A stretch of DNA of 64,000 nt from Candidatus Hadarchaeota archaeon (GTDB lineage Archaea > Hadarchaeota > Hadarchaeia > Hadarchaeales > WYZ-LMO6): positions 4,078-68,077 of the forward strand of contig CAZDZG010000001.1 in the NCBI GenBank assembly GCA_964509845.1, given 5' to 3'. How positions within the stretch are numbered: position 1 is the first letter of the stretch; each line of letters starts with the position of its first letter. Of this stretch, positions 9,008 to 17,987 are shown in pieces. A program made the translations under genes and the position numbers. The notes beneath the pieces are model-generated. The model had not been told where the DNA came from. It did not search any database and was given only the letters and a program-made list of their open reading frames with translations.

Positions 9008-9655
9008 TCAAAGGAAGTACTCCCTCACAAACTCGAAGTTCTTCCTTATTCTTTCCTCCCCCTTCACGATGTTTCCGTGCCCTGGGAGGAGGTACTGGAG
9101 CCTCAGGCTGGAGATCCTCTGGATGGAGCGTGCCAGCTCCTGCTCGCTTCCCCCTGGAAAATCCGTCCTTCCCACCCCTCCCTCGAAGACGAGGTCGCCG
9201 CAGAGCAGGACCCTCAGGCCCTCGTGATAAAGGCTCACGCTCCCCGGGGAGTGTCCTGGTGTGTGAAGGACCAGGAGTTCGGTCTCCCCCCTTCCCACCC
9301 TTTCCCCTAGGTAGGCATCCACCTCGAACCTGGGCACCTCCATACCGAAGTACCTTCCGAACTCCAGGCTGAACTTCAGGTGTTCCCTCTCTTCCCGGTG
9401 GATCAGGATTTTGGCCCCCGAGAGTTCCTGAAAGGGGCGGTTGGCCCCGCAGTGATCGGGATGGCTGTGGGTGTTTACGATGAGTTCCACCTCCCCCACC
9501 TCCACCCCATCCTCCTCCATCTCCTTCAGGCGCCCCCGCAGGTACCTGGGATTTCCCGGATCCACCAGGATGGTGGGATCCCCCTTCACCAGGTAGGTGT
9601 TGCAGTCGCCCGGCCCCCTTTCCGGGTACCAGTAAACGTTGCCCACCAGCCTCAT
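9008..9655 (-). CDS. MBL-fold metallo-hydrolase (~215 aa)
   Basis: HSHPDH motif. The start was trimmed to MRLVGN (ATG at 9655), which overlaps the upstream NUDIX stop as ATGA; the 106-aa N-terminal stretch of the track ORF is low-complexity and out of frame with NUDIX. Confidence 0.7.
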   Translation of the reverse strand: MRLVGNVYWYPERGPGDCNTYLVKGDPTILVDPGNPRYLRGRLKEMEEDGVEVGEVELIVNTHSHPDHCGANRPFQELSGAKILIHREEREHLKFSLEFGRYFGMEVPRFEVDAYLGERVGRGETELLVLHTPGHSPGSVSLYHEGLRVLLCGDLVFEGGVGRTDFPGGSEQELARSIQRISSLRLQYLLPGHGNIVKGEERIRKNFEFVREYFL

Positions 9656-10068
9656 TCCAGCATTCCCTCCTCCCTCAGCACCCTGGCCGTCACCCTGCTG
9701 AGCTCCCTTCCTTTGAGCTCCTCTTTGCTGAACCACCTCGCCTCCAGCACCTCCCCCCCCTTCCTTACCCTGGTAAAAAGGGACTTCCCCCTGAAGCAGA
9801 CTGTCACGTAGTGGTACCTCAGCCTCCCCCTGCTGTCCCTCTCTATGAGGTCGTAAACCCCCAGCAGTCCCCGCAACCTCACCCTTATTCCCGTTTCTTC
9901 TTCCACCTCCCTCACCGCCGCCTCTTCCACCCTTTCCCCAGGCTTCACCAGCCCTCCCGGCAGGGCCCACTTCCCCTTTCCCGGCTCGGATCCCCTCCTC
10001 ACCAGCAACACCTTTTTCCCTTCCCTCACCAGCACGGAGGCCCCCAGCCTAGGAAAGTTCCCCTTCAC
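9652..10068 (-). CDS. NUDIX hydrolase
   Basis: NUDIX box GGLVKPGERVEEAAVREVEEETG. Confidence 0.8.
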   Translation of the reverse strand: MKGNFPRLGASVLVREGKKVLLVRRGSEPGKGKWALPGGLVKPGERVEEAAVREVEEETGIRVRLRGLLGVYDLIERDSRGRLRYHYVTVCFRGKSLFTRVRKGGEVLEARWFSKEELKGRELSRVTARVLREEGMLE

Positions 10069-10849
10069 CCATCCTCTCCTCCAGGACCCTACTCAGCTCC
10101 AGCATCTTGGAAAAGAACTCCCTTCCCTCCTCCAGATCGAAGACGGATTCACCCCTCATCTCGGCCCTTTCCACCGCCGGATCGTGGGGTAACACCGCCA
10201 GCACGGGAAGGCCCTCCCCTTCCAGCCTGCTCACCACTCCTTCCGCTCCTTCCTTGAACTTGTTCACCACGGCAAAGATCCTGCTTATCCCCAGGTCCTC
10301 TCCCAGCTTTTTTATCTGCTTGGCGGTCTCCAGGGCCTTCAGGCTGGGCTCCACCACCACCAGCATTCCCTCTGCCCCCTTGGTGGTTCCCCTCCCCAGA
10401 TGCTCCACCCCCGCCTCCATGTCCAGGATGAGGACCTCAGCCACCCTGGAGAGGTGGTCCACCAGCCTCCTGGCCAGGGCGCTGGCGGGACAGAAGCACC
10501 CCTGTCCCCCTTTCCCTATCCTCCCCACCACCAGCAGCCAGACCCCATCCCTGCACCTGATGCCGAACCTGTCCAAAAGGTCATCCACCTTCGGGTTGAG
10601 CTTGAAGACCAGCCCGTATCCCCCTGGGTAAGCCCCCGTCCTTTCCTCTATGAGGGAGGCCCTTTCCATCAGGGGCACCAGCTTCTCCGGGGGCACCTCT
10701 TCCTCCGTCCCCAGCGTAAGGAGGAGGTTGGGGGAGGGATCCAGGTCCAGCGCCACCACCCTCCTTCCCCTCCTGCTGAAGCCCCTGGCGAGCCCGGCCG
10801 CCAGCGTGGTCTTTCCCACTCCCCCCTTTCCCGTCACCGCTATCTTCAA
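10049..10849 (-). CDS. cooC: CooC/AcsF-type P-loop NTPase (nickel-insertion accessory protein family)
   Basis: GKGGVGKTT Walker A plus a CxC (GCFCP) metal motif. Confidence 0.7.
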   Translation of the reverse strand: MKIAVTGKGGVGKTTLAAGLARGFSRRGRRVVALDLDPSPNLLLTLGTEEEVPPEKLVPLMERASLIEERTGAYPGGYGLVFKLNPKVDDLLDRFGIRCRDGVWLLVVGRIGKGGQGCFCPASALARRLVDHLSRVAEVLILDMEAGVEHLGRGTTKGAEGMLVVVEPSLKALETAKQIKKLGEDLGISRIFAVVNKFKEGAEGVVSRLEGEGLPVLAVLPHDPAVERAEMRGESVFDLEEGREFFSKMLELSRVLEERMGEGELS

Positions 10850-10898
10850 GCGGATACCCTCTGAGTCGCTAAGGTTAAAGCCGCTCCGGGTTTAAAAA

Positions 10899-11312
10899 TT
10901 GGGGATGGAGAAAATCACCCGCATTAGCATTACCCTCCCAGAGGACCTTCTCCGGGAGCTTGACCGCTCCCTGAAAGCCCAAGGGTACGCCAGCCGATCC
11001 GAGGCCATCAGGGATGCCGTTAGGGACTTCCTGACCACCCATCGTTGGCGCAGCCAGCTGGAGGGGGAGCTGCTTGGAGTGGTGGTGGTGGTTTACGATC
11101 ACGAGGTCAGGGGACTGCTGGAGAAGATCACGGAGATACAGCACGAGAGCGAGGGATTGGTAAGGTCATCCCAGCACCTCCACCTGGACGAGAGGAACTG
11201 TCTGGAGGCCCTGCTGGTGAAGGGGTCTGCGGGGGGGATCAAGAAGCTGGTGGACAGGCTGGAAGCCCTGAGGGGGGTCAAGCAGGTGAAGTTGGTGGTG
11301 GTCGGCACCTGA
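10899..11312 (+). CDS. nikR: Nickel-responsive regulator NikR (ribbon-helix-helix plus C-terminal metal-binding domain)
   Basis: N-terminal RHH (ISITLPEDLLRELD) and C-terminal His/Cys cluster (HE...HLHLDERNC). Confidence 0.7.
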   Translation: MGMEKITRISITLPEDLLRELDRSLKAQGYASRSEAIRDAVRDFLTTHRWRSQLEGELLGVVVVVYDHEVRGLLEKITEIQHESEGLVRSSQHLHLDERNCLEALLVKGSAGGIKKLVDRLEALRGVKQVKLVVVGT

Positions 11313-11315
11313 GGC

Positions 11316-11438
11316 TTACCTGCCCCTCTTCTTGGCCACCTTCTTAAATTCCTCCCACTCCTTGAGGCTCTCCGACTTCTTCTTGAGGTCCTTCTCCTCC
11401 TCCAGGACGGCCTGAACTTCCGCTCCCCCGCAGGCCAT
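11316..11438 (-). CDS. Candidate 40-aa Lys/Glu-rich small protein (hypothetical)
   Basis: Manual translation MACGGAEVQAVLEEEKDLKKKSESLKEWEEFKKVAKKRGR; a GGAGAG motif lies about 15 nt upstream and the ORF is co-oriented downstream of the DUF2148-like gene. Confidence 0.2.
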   Translation of the reverse strand: MACGGAEVQAVLEEEKDLKKKSESLKEWEEFKKVAKKRGR

Positions 11439-11476
11439 GGTCTCTTTTCTTTCTCTCCGGAGCCTAAAAAATTCCT

Positions 11477-12019
11477 CTATTCCTTCCTGTCAAAGAAAGG
11501 GCTCTTCCCCGTGCCGGAGAGGGGGATGGCGATCACCACATCCGCCTCCATCATCCCGGCCCTCCTGGCCGCCACCCCGGCCGAGAACATCATCCGGTTG
11601 TCGGCGTTCAGAAGGGAGGCGGTCTTGGCCGCCGAGCCCAGCGCTATTCCCAGGTTCAGGGCGTCCATCACGCATACCGGACCGGCATATCCCTTTCCCT
11701 CCTTCTTTCCCTCCCTTCTCAGCTCCGCGCAGTTCCTCCCGCAGGCCCCGCACTCCAGGTCCAGGGGCTCCCCCACCAACCCCACCAGCAGGACTACTCC
11801 CGCCTCTCTGATGCTTCTGGCATCCCTGCGGAAGAACGCATACTCCCCGGCCATCTCCTCCATCTTCTCCGCCAGCCTTTCCTTTTCCTCCCCGCTGAGC
11901 ACCCTGATCCTCAGGTGATCCCTTCCCCTGGCCTTAGGCGCGGTCCTGGCGGAGAGGGCCATCAGCCTGGCCACCTCAAGAAGGGCCTCCCCTTCCACCA
12001 TCTTCCTTCTCGGGGACAA
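11477..12019 (-). CDS. Uncharacterised Cys-motif (CGACG...C) protein, DUF2148/COG4887-like
   Basis: LECGACGRNC...C cysteine pattern; family assignment is from memory. Confidence 0.35.
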   Translation of the reverse strand: MSPRRKMVEGEALLEVARLMALSARTAPKARGRDHLRIRVLSGEEKERLAEKMEEMAGEYAFFRRDARSIREAGVVLLVGLVGEPLDLECGACGRNCAELRREGKKEGKGYAGPVCVMDALNLGIALGSAAKTASLLNADNRMMFSAGVAARRAGMMEADVVIAIPLSGTGKSPFFDRKE

Positions 12020-12067
12020 GGAGGGTATAAACGATGCCTTTTTTCTTCTTGCGGCCGAGGGGAGGAG

Positions 12068-12904
12068 ATGAGGGCGGCGGCGATCCTTTTGCTCCTCTTC
12101 CTGACCGTTCAGATGTTGGGCCTTCTGGCCGGGAACAGGTACCTCAGCCTAGTGAGCTCCGGGGAGGCGAAGCCTCTTTTCTCAGATCCGCAGAGCCCCT
12201 GGAACTCCCTCTATCTCTTCGCCGCTCTCCTTCCCCTCACCCTTCTCGTGATCCTCCTCCTCAGGTTCAGGAGGAACTGGTTCAGGGCCTTCGAACTCCT
12301 GGTGACCTTCTTCTGTTGCTGGCTCACGCTCGACCTGCTGGCTGGAATGCAGGTGGGCTGGCTCTCCTCCGGCTTCCTGCTCAGCCTGCTGCTGGCGGGA
12401 TGGAGGGTGGCCAGGCCCACGCCCCTGAACCAGGATTTGGTGCTCATCCTCTCGGCCAGCGGGGTAGGGGCGGTGCTGGGGGCCTCCCTCGGGGTGGTCC
12501 CCAGCCTCCTCCTCCTGGCCCTCTTTTCGGTTTACGACTGCGTGTCGGTCTTCGTTACCAGACACATGGTCTTCATGGCCAAGAGGCTCCTTCCCTCCTC
12601 CAGCTCCCTTTTCCTGTCCGTTCCCTCCGAGCTCAGGGCCTTCGTGCGGGGGGGAAGGTGGAAGGGGAGGGGGAAGGGGGTCCTGCATCTGGGCGGAGGG
12701 GACCTGCTCCTCCCCCTGGTCTTCTCGGTCTCGGTTCTGGAGGCCGAGGGACTCCGTTCGGCCCTCCTCGTTTCCCTTTCCTCCTCCCTCTTCCTGTTCC
12801 TCCTCTTCCTCCTTCTCCTCCGCAGGCCGGGAACGATCCTGCCCGGTCTCCCCCTTCTTTCCCTGGGTTCCTTGCTGGGCTTCTTCCTGTCCCGTCTCCT
12901 CTGA
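12068..12904 (+). CDS. Presenilin/signal-peptide-peptidase-like intramembrane aspartyl protease (A22 family)
   Basis: Polytopic membrane protein with a YD motif (SVYDCVS), GxGD (LGGGDLL) and a PAL-like PGL motif. Confidence 0.55.
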   Translation: MRAAAILLLLFLTVQMLGLLAGNRYLSLVSSGEAKPLFSDPQSPWNSLYLFAALLPLTLLVILLLRFRRNWFRAFELLVTFFCCWLTLDLLAGMQVGWLSSGFLLSLLLAGWRVARPTPLNQDLVLILSASGVGAVLGASLGVVPSLLLLALFSVYDCVSVFVTRHMVFMAKRLLPSSSSLFLSVPSELRAFVRGGRWKGRGKGVLHLGGGDLLLPLVFSVSVLEAEGLRSALLVSLSSSLFLFLLFLLLLRRPGTILPGLPLLSLGSLLGFFLSRLL

Positions 12905-12942
12905 GGAAAACGGATAAGGCCCCCCTTTCCCAGTTCTCAGGT

Positions 12943-13665
12943 ATGAGGCTCATCTACGAGCCCCGGGAGGGGAGGAAGATGAAGGTGCTGGTCCTTTTCT
13001 CCGGCGGGGCCAGCGCCCTACCCTTCATGGTGGGTGGGGAAAGGCATGAGGTGATAGGGGGAATCTCCTCCAGCAAGAGGGCGAGGGGGATCGACAGGTT
13101 CAGGTCGCTGGGAATTCCCGTGGAGGTGGTGGATATCCACGAGTTCTACGCGGGACGACCCATCACCGACATGCAGGTGAGGAGGGAGTATGAGAAGAAG
13201 CTCCTCTCGGTGATGGAGGAGAGGGGATGGGAGCCGGACGTGGTGGCCTGCTCCGGTTACATGTACATCCTTACCCCCCTCTTCCTCAGCAGGTTCCCGT
13301 ACAGGGTCCTGAACGTCCATCCCGCCGACCTCTCCCTTGAGGAGGGTGGGAGGAGGAAGTACACGGGGCTGGGAGCCGTGAGGGCACAGCTGGAGGCGGG
13401 GGAGAAGTTCACCCGCTCCACGGTACACCTGATGACCGAAGAGCCAGATCAGGGCCCCATCCTGGTGATTTCCCCTCCCCTCCCCGTGGATGACAGGACA
13501 CCGGAGGAGCAGCAGGAGCTGATGAAGGTAAAGTGTGACGGTCCGGCGTACAGGGAGGCCCTTCGCCTTCTTTCGGAGGGGAGGTTCGCCCTGGACGAGA
13601 GGGGAAGGGTTTATGTGAGGATCGATGGAGAATGGAGGGAAGGCTACGTGAGGATGGAGGGATGA
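12943..13665 (+). CDS. purN: PurN-type formyltransferase (GAR transformylase-like) with a C-terminal extension
   Basis: NVHPADL and HLMTEEPDQGPIL match the PurN catalytic Asn/His/Asp region. Start set at ATG 12943; the upstream part of the track ORF overlaps the presenilin gene out of frame. Confidence 0.65.
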   Translation: MRLIYEPREGRKMKVLVLFSGGASALPFMVGGERHEVIGGISSSKRARGIDRFRSLGIPVEVVDIHEFYAGRPITDMQVRREYEKKLLSVMEERGWEPDVVACSGYMYILTPLFLSRFPYRVLNVHPADLSLEEGGRRKYTGLGAVRAQLEAGEKFTRSTVHLMTEEPDQGPILVISPPLPVDDRTPEEQQELMKVKCDGPAYREALRLLSEGRFALDERGRVYVRIDGEWREGYVRMEG

Positions 13666-13666
13666 G

Positions 13667-15061
13667 GTGGTCGTAGGAGTGCTTGGGGTGAGCTATGGAA
13701 GCAGGTTCGCCTGTTTGGCCGATACCCTGTGCCGCAGCTGGCACGCGGTGAGGCTTTTCATAGCGGACAGGCAGAGGAACCCCTTCAACCTGAGGAAGGC
13801 CCAGGAGACGAGGGGAGAGCATGTGGTGATTCCCGATCTGGACGTCGGGGAGATAGTGAGGTTTGCGAGGAGGCATGCCGGGGAGATCTCCTTCGGAATC
13901 CTGGGGCCCGAGGGGCCTGGGATGCAGGGGATAAGGGATCTCCTCGAGAGGGAGACGGGCATAACGATGATCTGTCCCAGTCTGGAGTACTTCTTGGAGA
14001 AGAGCAAGGTCAGGCAGAGGAGGCTTTTGGAGGAGGTGGCGCCCGAGGCCAATCCCAGGTTCAGGGTCTTCGATCCATCCGAGATTCCCAAGGAAAGGGT
14101 AAGGGAGGAGGTTTATCGGTGGCTGGATGAGGTGGGGGAAAGGGTGGCCGTCAAGCCCGACGCCCCGGCCACGGGCAAGGGGGTGGGAGTCTGGGGAGAT
14201 CATTTTCGAACGCGGGAGGAGATGTTTCACGAGTACTTCCTACCCGCTTTCTCCAGGGGACCGGTCATCGTGGAGGAGAAGCTGGAGGGGGAGGAGTTTT
14301 CCCTGCAGTTCCTTTCAGATGGGGAACACCTGATTCCCACCCCCTGCGTTAGGGATTACAAGAGGGCCTTCGACTGGGACCAGGGGCCCAACACGGGGGG
14401 TATGGGATCCTACAAGGACGTGGGGGAGCTCCTGCCTTTCATGGAGAAGAGGGACTGGGAGGAGGCGGTGAGAATCGCGGAGCGCCTCCACCGGAGGCTG
14501 AAGGGGGAGGGGAGGAATCCGGGACTCATGGGAGTGATGTACGTGGGATACATCCTCACCGCAGAGGGGGTGAAGGTGCTGGAGATCAACAGCAGGTGGG
14601 GGGATCCCGAGGTGATGAACCTGATGCCCCTGCTGGAGGACGACTTCGTGGAGGTCTGCTTCAAGTGCCTGGACGGTGAGCTGCGGGGGCTGAGGTTCAG
14701 GGAAAGGGCCAGCGTGGTGATATACGCCGTCCCGCTGGACTATGGAGGCTACAGGAAATACTCCGGTCCCCGGAGGGTCAGGCTGGAGGAGGCGGAGGAG
14801 CTGAGGAAGAAGTATGGGGAGGACCTGAGGCTCTATCCGGGCTCGCTGGAGGTGAGGGAAAACGGGGAGCTCTGGGCCCTGGGCTCCAGGACGGTGGCGG
14901 CGGTGGGGCTGGCGGAGGATCTGGATGGGGCCAGGGAGATAGCGCTTGAGGCGGTGAGGAGGATCGACGGGCCCCTCAGGCACCGGGAGGACATAGCCCT
15001 GAGGGAGCACGTGGAGAGGAGCGTGAGCCACATGAGGGCCCTTAGGTCCTCAGCCCCCTGA
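13667..15061 (+). CDS. purD: Phosphoribosylamine-glycine ligase (PurD, ATP-grasp)
   Basis: VIVEEKLEGEEFS...DQGPNTGGMGSY...LEINSRWGDPE are strong PurD signatures; GTG start 2 nt after the purN stop. Confidence 0.8.
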   Translation: MVVGVLGVSYGSRFACLADTLCRSWHAVRLFIADRQRNPFNLRKAQETRGEHVVIPDLDVGEIVRFARRHAGEISFGILGPEGPGMQGIRDLLERETGITMICPSLEYFLEKSKVRQRRLLEEVAPEANPRFRVFDPSEIPKERVREEVYRWLDEVGERVAVKPDAPATGKGVGVWGDHFRTREEMFHEYFLPAFSRGPVIVEEKLEGEEFSLQFLSDGEHLIPTPCVRDYKRAFDWDQGPNTGGMGSYKDVGELLPFMEKRDWEEAVRIAERLHRRLKGEGRNPGLMGVMYVGYILTAEGVKVLEINSRWGDPEVMNLMPLLEDDFVEVCFKCLDGELRGLRFRERASVVIYAVPLDYGGYRKYSGPRRVRLEEAEELRKKYGEDLRLYPGSLEVRENGELWALGSRTVAAVGLAEDLDGAREIALEAVRRIDGPLRHREDIALREHVERSVSHMRALRSSAP

Positions 15062-15761
15062 GGCACCTAAGCTGGGCCTCCTTCGCCAGCTCGAAGTTGC
15101 GCTCCGAGTCCTCCACCCAGCTCCTTTCTATCAGCCTTTTGGACTCCCGGAGGGGCAGAGGGGATCTGGAGAGAATCATGTTCACGTAGAGCCTCACCCC
15201 CTCCTCCAGATCGGGAAAGATCCCGTTCACCAGCCCCAGCCTTTCCCCCTCTTCCGCCGTTATCCTCCTTCCGGTGAAGATGAGGTCCCTGGCCACTCCG
15301 TCCCCCACCATCCTGGGCAGCAGGTGGAGGGCACCCATGTCGGGTAGGATGCCGAACTCGGGCTCCCTTAGAAAGAAGAGGGTCCCGGGGGTGGCCAGCC
15401 TGAGGTCGGCGGCCAAGGCCAGCTGCATCCCTCCCCCTATGGCGTATCTCCGGCAGGCCGCTATCACCGGGCAATCCATATTTCTGATTTTCTTTATCAC
15501 GCGCTGGGCCAGCTCTATGACGGGCAGGAGCCTCTCCTCCTCCCAGGTGGCCAGCTCCGCCAGCACGGAGGTGTCCATGCCGGAGCAGAAGGTGTCACCC
15601 TTTCCTCCCAGCACCAGCACCCTTGGCCCCCCTTTCCTCACCTCGTCCAGGGCCCTGTCCAGCTCTTCCAGCATCTGAAGGTCCAAGGCGTTTTTCTTCT
15701 CCGGTCGGTTGAGCTCGATGCTGGAGACCTCACCCAGCCGAAGCTCCACCTTCTGGAACAC
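15042..15761 (-). CDS. Enoyl-CoA hydratase/isomerase (crotonase) family protein
   Basis: Crotonase fold motifs (FCSGMD...AIGGGMQLALAAD). Confidence 0.75.
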   Translation of the reverse strand: MFQKVELRLGEVSSIELNRPEKKNALDLQMLEELDRALDEVRKGGPRVLVLGGKGDTFCSGMDTSVLAELATWEEERLLPVIELAQRVIKKIRNMDCPVIAACRRYAIGGGMQLALAADLRLATPGTLFFLREPEFGILPDMGALHLLPRMVGDGVARDLIFTGRRITAEEGERLGLVNGIFPDLEEGVRLYVNMILSRSPLPLRESKRLIERSWVEDSERNFELAKEAQLRCLRGLRT

Positions 15762-15780
15762 CCCTTCCCTCCACGACGGT

Positions 15781-16347
15781 CTACCTGAGCCTGGCCCCCA
15801 GGTGGGCCAGCGTGGCCTTCCTCACCTCCTCCGCCTTCTTCCTTCCCCCCAGCAGCCTGAGGAGTTCGAGGGCGAAGGCGAAGGCGGTGGCGGGGCCTTT
15901 GCTGGTCACCACCTTACCATCCACCACCACCAGTCCTTTGCCGGGCTTTGCTCCCCCCTTCTTCAGCTCGCCCTCCATCCCCGGGTAAATGGTGGCCCTT
16001 TTGCCTTTCAGCACTCCCGCCTCCGCCAGCACGGCGGGGGCTCCGCAGATGGCACCCACCACCTTCCCGCTCTCCGCGGCCTTCCTCACCATTTCCAGCA
16101 CCTTTGGATTCTTTCTCAGGTTCTCGTAACCCGGATACCCTCCGGGACATATCAGGGCCTCAAAGTCCTCCACCCTTACCTCCTCCAGCTTCCGATCGGG
16201 GAGGACCTTCACCCCGTGGGAGCCCTCCACCGGATCCTCCAGTCCCGCCGTGACCACTTCCACCCCTCCCCTGCGCAGCACGTCCACGATGGTGAGGGCC
16301 TCTATCTCCTCGAAGCCCGGGGCCAGCAGAACCAGAGCTTTCGCCAT
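15781..16347 (-). CDS. DJ-1/PfpI-family protein
   Basis: AICGAP nucleophile-elbow motif; 188 aa. Confidence 0.8.
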   Translation of the reverse strand: MAKALVLLAPGFEEIEALTIVDVLRRGGVEVVTAGLEDPVEGSHGVKVLPDRKLEEVRVEDFEALICPGGYPGYENLRKNPKVLEMVRKAAESGKVVGAICGAPAVLAEAGVLKGKRATIYPGMEGELKKGGAKPGKGLVVVDGKVVTSKGPATAFAFALELLRLLGGRKKAEEVRKATLAHLGARLR

Positions 16348-16399
16348 CCACCTCTCTTTCTACTGTCCGCTTTTAAAGCCTGAAGGGAAGGAAGAAGGG

Positions 16400-17125
16400 A
16401 TGGAGCCGGTGGGGATGATCCTGTGCGGGGGATATGGGAAGAGGCTCTTTCCCCTGACCAGGGAACTCCCCAAGGTGCTGCTGGAACTCAGGAAGGGCTA
16501 TACCCTGCTGGACCACCAGCTCTCCCTTTACCGGAGGGCGGGGATAAAGAGGGTCTATCTGCTGGCGGGCTACCGGGCGGAGGAGATAAGGAAGAGATAT
16601 GGGGGGGAGCACGAGGGGATGGAGCTGAGGTACGTGGTGGAGGAGGAGCCCCTGGGCACCCTGAACGCCCTCAAGCTGGGGATGAGGGAGGCCAAGACGG
16701 GGGCGGTGGCGAGCAATGGGGATGTGGTGATGGAGGTAGACCTGAGGAAAATGTGGGAGGACTTCCGCAGGTCGGAGGCACTGGCCTCCCTGCTGGCGGT
16801 GAAGATGAGGAGCCCGTATGGCATCCTCAGGCTGAGGGGGAAGAGGGTGATCTCCTTCGTGGAGAAGCCCCTGCTCCCCCACTACATCAACGGGGGGGTC
16901 TACTGCCTTAGCCCCCGCCTGCTTCCCCTGATGGAGAGGTTCGGTACCGGGGATGTGGAGCGGACCCTTTTTCCGGAGCTTGCCAGAAGGGGGAAGCTGA
17001 GGTGCTACAGGGCTGAGCCACCCCTCTGGATCTCCGTGGATACCCTCAAGGACCTGGAGGAGGCCAGGAAGAAACTGGAGGAGCTGGGGAAAGGCCGATC
17101 TCCGGATTCCGGTGCCGCATCCTGA
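16400..17125 (+). CDS. Sugar-phosphate nucleotidyltransferase (NTP_transferase family)
   Basis: MILCGGYGKRLFPLT...VLLEL N-terminal signature; start at ATG 16400 with a GGAAGGAAGAAGGG Shine-Dalgarno. Confidence 0.7.
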   Translation: MEPVGMILCGGYGKRLFPLTRELPKVLLELRKGYTLLDHQLSLYRRAGIKRVYLLAGYRAEEIRKRYGGEHEGMELRYVVEEEPLGTLNALKLGMREAKTGAVASNGDVVMEVDLRKMWEDFRRSEALASLLAVKMRSPYGILRLRGKRVISFVEKPLLPHYINGGVYCLSPRLLPLMERFGTGDVERTLFPELARRGKLRCYRAEPPLWISVDTLKDLEEARKKLEELGKGRSPDSGAAS

Positions 17126-17194
17126 GCATCTCGCCCACGAGGTCCAGCGGTGACTCGTCTTGTGCCATCAGCTTTCCAGGTCCCTACCCCTGGG

Positions 17195-17899
17195 CTACGG
17201 TCCCGGGGGCCTGAGGTTTTCGGGAAGAAACTGCAGGAATCCGCGGACCTCCCCCTTTTCTCCCTTCCCCAGCAACAGGAGGAGGATGGTCGCCTCCCTC
17301 CTCCAGATCATCCCGTCTATCCCCTCCCTTTCCAGATAAAAGTGCCCCTGCTGGGGGAGGCGCTCCTGGAGCAGGTCACCCAGCTTGTTCATCGTTTCTC
17401 CGAGTCTGGCCTCCGCCAGCTCGGAGGAAGGGAAGAAGAGGGCGTAAAGGGCGAGCCTCCTTCCCTCTTTCTCCCATATCCTGAAAAGGCCCGTGGCTTG
17501 CCTTTCGCCCCCTCCCAAGACGGTCTCTTCATCCGCCCTTCCCTCCCCCACCAGCTTCCAGCCGGGGGGTGAGGGGACGAGGTCGGACGGGAGCTCGGGT
17601 CCTGGCCCTTCTACCCTTTCCTTCTCCTCCACCCCCTCTTCCAGGGCTTCCCGGAGCCTGGGGATAATCCCCTCTTTTTCCTCCGCCTTTGCTTTTTCGC
17701 GAACCTCTTCGGCAACCTCCCCCACAAATTCCTCTTCCGGAACCTCCAGCACGGGAAGGGATAGAAGAAGGAGAAGAACGAAGGAAACCCCCGCGGCTAT
17801 CACGAAGGAAAGTTCAGGAGAAGGGGAAAAGAGGAAGAGAAGAACGGCAGCCGCAGTGGTGCCGAGGGAAGCCAACGCCAGGGCCCTTGCCAGCCTCAT
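17195..17899 (-). CDS. Hypothetical membrane-anchored protein (two N-terminal TM helices and a Glu-rich linker)
   Basis: ORF with hydrophobic N-terminus; start chosen at MRLARALA, which is uncertain. Confidence 0.3.
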   Translation of the reverse strand: MRLARALALASLGTTAAAVLLFLFSPSPELSFVIAAGVSFVLLLLLSLPVLEVPEEEFVGEVAEEVREKAKAEEKEGIIPRLREALEEGVEEKERVEGPGPELPSDLVPSPPGWKLVGEGRADEETVLGGGERQATGLFRIWEKEGRRLALYALFFPSSELAEARLGETMNKLGDLLQERLPQQGHFYLEREGIDGMIWRREATILLLLLGKGEKGEVRGFLQFLPENLRPPGP

Positions 17900-17987
17900 G
17901 TTCTTCTCTCTTGGTGGATAGCCCTTATAGACCTGTGGGAGATCGAGCCCAGAACTTCTTTTAAACCCCAATTTTTAGAAGGAATAG

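Noticed and set aside
9656-9970. 106-aa low-complexity N-terminal extension of the MBL-hydrolase ORF
   Set aside because: It overlaps the well-supported NUDIX gene out of frame. The MBL gene starts at the ATG that forms an ATGA overlap with the NUDIX stop.
12034-12942. N-terminal ~300 codons of the 543-aa track ORF (Gly/Pro/Arg-rich)
   Set aside because: This part overlaps the presenilin-like gene in another frame and is low-complexity GC-driven sequence. Only the 12943-13665 part is a real PurN-like protein.
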